Source: Hypanus sabinus (taxonomy: Eukaryota). Taken from it: a stretch of 64,000 nt of DNA. Below are positions 60,080 through 64,000 of the stretch, piece by piece. The position numbers were made by a program, and so were the translations under genes. Location: positions 12,338,001 through 12,402,000 of the forward strand of contig NC_082712.1 in assembly GCF_030144855.1 (NCBI RefSeq), written 5' to 3'. Every line of letters begins with the position of its first letter. Position 1 is the first letter of the stretch. The notes below the pieces were generated by a model that was not told the origin of the DNA, made no database searches, and saw only the letters and a list, made by a program, of their open reading frames with translations.

Positions 60080-63000
60080 AACACAGAACATAGAAATGTA
60101 CAGATCATTACAGGCGCTTCATACCACAATGTTGTACCGACCATTGAAAACTACTCCAGACGCTGCCTAGAATTTCCCTAGTGCATAGTCCTCTATTTTT
60201 CTAAGCTCCACGTACCTACCTAAGAGGCTCTTATAAGACCCTGTTGTACACTTTCATCAACACCTCCGACAGTGCATTCCACGCACTCACCACTCCCTGT
60301 GTGAAAAACTGACTCCTGACATCACCTTAAAACTATTTCCCCTCGTTTTAGCCATTTCAGCCCTGGGCAAAAGCCTCTGGGTATCTACAGGATCAAAGCC
60401 CCTCGTCATCTTATACACCTCTATCAGGTCACTTCTCATCCTCGGTCACTCCAAGGAGAAAAGGCCAAGTTCACTCAACCTATTCTCATAAAGTACGCCC
60501 TCAAATCCAGGCACCATCCTGGTAAATGTCCTCTTCACACTCTCTATAGTATCCACATTCTTCCTGTAGTGAAGTGACCAGAACTAAGCACAGTACTCCA
60601 AGTAGGGTCTGACCAGGTCTTATATCGCTGTAACATTACCTCATGGCTGTTGAACTCAATCACACAACTGATGAATGCCAACACACCATATACCTTCTTA
60701 ACAACACTGTCAACCTGCACAGCACCTTTGAGTATCCTATGAATTCGGACCCAATGATCTCTTTGATCCTCCACACTGCCAAGAATTACCATTAATACTA
60801 TATTCTGCCATCATATTTGACCTACCAAAATGAACCACTTCACACTTATCCAGGTTGAAATCCATATGGCACTTCTCAGCCCAGTTCTGCATCCTATCAA
60901 TTTCCCACTGTAGCCTCTGAAAGCCCTCCACGCTATCCACAACACCTCCAACCTTTGTATCATCAGCAAACTTTCTAACCCATCCTTCTACTTCTTCATC
61001 CAGGTCACTTAAAAATTACAAAGAGGACGGAAACCAGTACAGATCCTGGTGGAACTCTACTGTCCACCGACTTCCATGCAGAACATGGACCATCTACGTC
61101 ACCCTTTGCCTTCTGTGGTCAAGTCAATTCCGGATCCACAAATCAAGGTCTCCTTGGATCTCATGCCTCCTTACATTCTGCATGGGGAAACATATCAAAT
61201 GCCTTACTGAAATCCATATTCACTACATCAGCTGCTCTACCTTCATCCATGTGTTTTGTTACATCCTCAAGGACTTCAATCAGGCTCGTAAGGCACGACC
61301 TGCCCTTGACAAAGCCATGCTGACTATCCCTAATCAGATGATGTCTCTCCAAATACTCATAAATCCTGCCTCTCAGGATATTCTCCAGGAACTTGCCCAC
61401 CACTGAAGGCAGATTCTGGGTCCATACTTTCCTAGGTTGTCTCTACTCCCTTTCTTGAACAAGGGAACAACATTTGTAAACTTCCAATACTCTGGTACTT
61501 CTCCCATTCCTATCGATGATGCAAGGATCATTGCAAGAGGCTCAGCAATCTCCTCTCTCACTTCCCACAGTAGCCTGGGGTATATCTCATCCAGTCCCAG
61601 TGACCTATCTAACTTTATGCTTTTCAAAAGGTCTGGCACATTCTCTCTCCATGCACACATTTCCACCATCGCACCTAATGGGTCCTATTCTCACACAGCT
61701 CATCCTCTTGCTCTTCACATACTTGTAGAATGCTTCCCTTAATCCTGATCACCAAGGCCTTCTCATGGCCCCTTCTGGCTCTCCTAATTCCATTCTTAAG
61801 CTCCTTCCTTGCAACCTTGGAATTTTCTAGAGCTCTAACAGTACCTAGTTTCCTTAACCTTTCATAAGCTTTTCTTTTCTGCTTAACTAAATTTTCCCCA
61901 TCCTTTGTACACCATGGTTCTTTAACTCTACCAACCTTTCCCTGCCTCAATGGAACATACCTATGCAGAACTCCATGTAAATGTTCCCTGAATATTTGCC
62001 ACATTTTGGCCGTGCATTTCCTTGAGAACATCTCCTCCCAATTTATCCTCCTAAGTTCCTGCCTGTTACATACCTGTAATAGTTTAAATGAACCAGCAGC
62101 AATAGACCACGCCTGGAGTCTGGTTTTGATGTTAAAACCACTATCTTTATTAGTATCTACTTAATATAACAACGTAAACAAGAAAAATCAAAAGTTAACA
62201 GTGTTATGAGTATCCATATGTGTAAATATAACTCCCAAACTACTGAGCTCGGAGGGCAGGGGGGTGGGGGGGGGCACCAGGCTTAAAATCGTGAGATGGT
62301 GAGGTATGAAAGTTCAGTTCATCCACAGATTAAATGATGTGAGAGAGAGTTTTGTAATCCAAGGTGAATGTCGAGAGACAGCATTTATGTCGTATTCCAC
62401 GAGTTCCACGGTGGTAAAACAAGATAACGATTGCCATAGGATTTATCCGTTTTTTTTCCAAATCCACTTACAGATTATCACCAAAAGTAGCTTATCACAG
62501 GGGTATCGTCTTCAAAGGGAACTACCACCCAGGCAAGGGTTAACACATAGGTAGATTCAACAAGGTTGCCCCCAGTCACACAACGTGATAGCCACTTATC
62601 AACGTGCTGGGTCAATGCTCAACCCACACTTGTGGGCACTCGGAAGTTCCAACCAGTGACCCCTTAGTCAGTGGCTTCCTTCCCTTGTCCGACTCCAACT
62701 GCGACTGACTGTGTGTGAGTGAGTGTTCTTGCTTAAATCAAAACAAGCTGCAGAGTCAAATAGTTCCGCCCCTCTCTCTCTCTTAGTAAGAATCAAACAG
62801 GAGCTGAGAAAGCTGTCGGCTGACGTCACTCAGGCATTCTCTCTTAAAATGACAGTCCATGGCAAGATAGACCTAGGGGTTCATCACACTGCCTAACAGC
62901 ATCATATTTCCCCCGACCCCAATTACGTGTTTTCCCAAATTGTCTGCTCCTATCCCTCTCCAGCGCTATGGTGAAGAAGACAGAGTTGTGCTCATTACCT

Positions 63001-64000
63001 CCAAAATGTTCTCCCACCGAGAGATCTGACATCTGACCAGGTTCATTTCCCAATACCAGATCGAGTACAGCCTCTCCTCTCATTGGCTTATCTACATATT
63101 GTGTCAGAAATCCTTCCTGAACACACCTAACAAACTCCACCCCATTAAACCCCTCTCTCTAGGGAGATTCCAGTCAATAGTAGGAAAGTTAAAATCACCA
63201 ATCACAACAACCCTATTATTAGAATAATCTGTCTCCCTATCTGCTCCTCGGTATCCATGTTACTATTGCAGGGTCGATAAAAACACCCAGTAGAGTTATT
63301 GCCCCTTTCTGTTTGTGACCTCCACCCACACTAACTCAGTAGACCATCCCTCCAAGACTTCCTCCTTTTCTGAAGCCATGACACTATCCCTAATTAGCAA
63401 TGTCATGCCCCCACCTCTTTTGCCTCCCTCTCTGTTCTTTTTGAAACATCTGAAGCCTGGCATACTCAGCGGCCATTCCTATTCCTGAGGTATCCAAGTC
63501 TCTGTAATGGCCACAACGTCAATGTATTGATCCACACTCTAAGTTAATCCCCATTGTTTATGATTCTCCTTGCATGAAAATAGACACATCTCAAACCAAA
63601 AGGCTGAGTGCATCTTCGCTCTAACATCTGCCCATCCTTCCTCACAAACTCACTACTGTCTCTACTTGTGCTCAAACCTCCCCATCCTCTGCCGCTTCAC
63701 TTCAGTTACCACCCCACAGCAAATATAGTTTAAACCCTCCCAAAAGCCTTAGCAAACTTCCCCGCAAGGATATTGGTCCCCCTCAGATTCAAGTGCAACC
63801 CGTCCTCTTTGTACAGGTCATACCTGCCCCAGAACAGGTCCCAATGATCCAAAAATCCTTCAGCCACACATTGATCCTCCATCTCATTCTATTCCTATAC
63901 TCACTGTCGTGTGGCACAGGCAGCAATCCCGAGATTACTATCTTCGAGCTCCTGCTTCCCAGCTCCCTTCCGATCTCCCTCTATTCTGTCTTTAGGACCT
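60080..64000 (-). mobile_element. Degenerate long CR1 LINE running off the window end, interrupted by a solo LTR
   Basis: QHGFVKGRSCLTSL, FKKGSRDN, EFVRCVQEGFLTQYV and ORF1 remnants. Confidence 0.88.
62064..62888 (-). mobile_element. Solo LTR (825 bp)
   Basis: TGT...ACA ends, TSD CTGCC, minus-strand AATAAA at 62146-62151, perfect CRE palindrome TGACGTCA at 62821-62828. Confidence 0.82.

Overview
Vertebrate genomic DNA, most likely from a cartilaginous fish (inferred from the CR1 LINE, Penelope-like, Rex1/RTE, V-SINE and Gypsy repeat families). Most of the window is decayed and often nested transposons. Scattered through them on the minus strand is a SIGLEC15-like immune receptor locus. It has one canonical SIGLEC15-type V-set exon that keeps the sialic-acid-binding Arg (53730-54113). 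Three tandemly duplicated, Arg-less V-set exons follow (45768-46157, 42369-42749, 34233-34613), each in its own ~3 kb VNTR-flanked module; their differences are almost all amino-acid changing and cluster in the C-C' and FG (CDR3-like) loops. Downstream are a transmembrane exon with a Lys (DAP12-type activating signature, 22017-22119), a possible 5-residue tail exon, and an older duplicate of the TM/3' region whose TM exon has an in-frame stop (1690-1789). All Ig exons are phase 1-1, so they could be concatenated or skipped in any combination. No leader exon was identified. The LTR elements show non-tRNA primer-site signatures. Counts and identities are manual estimates, and no database searches were run.
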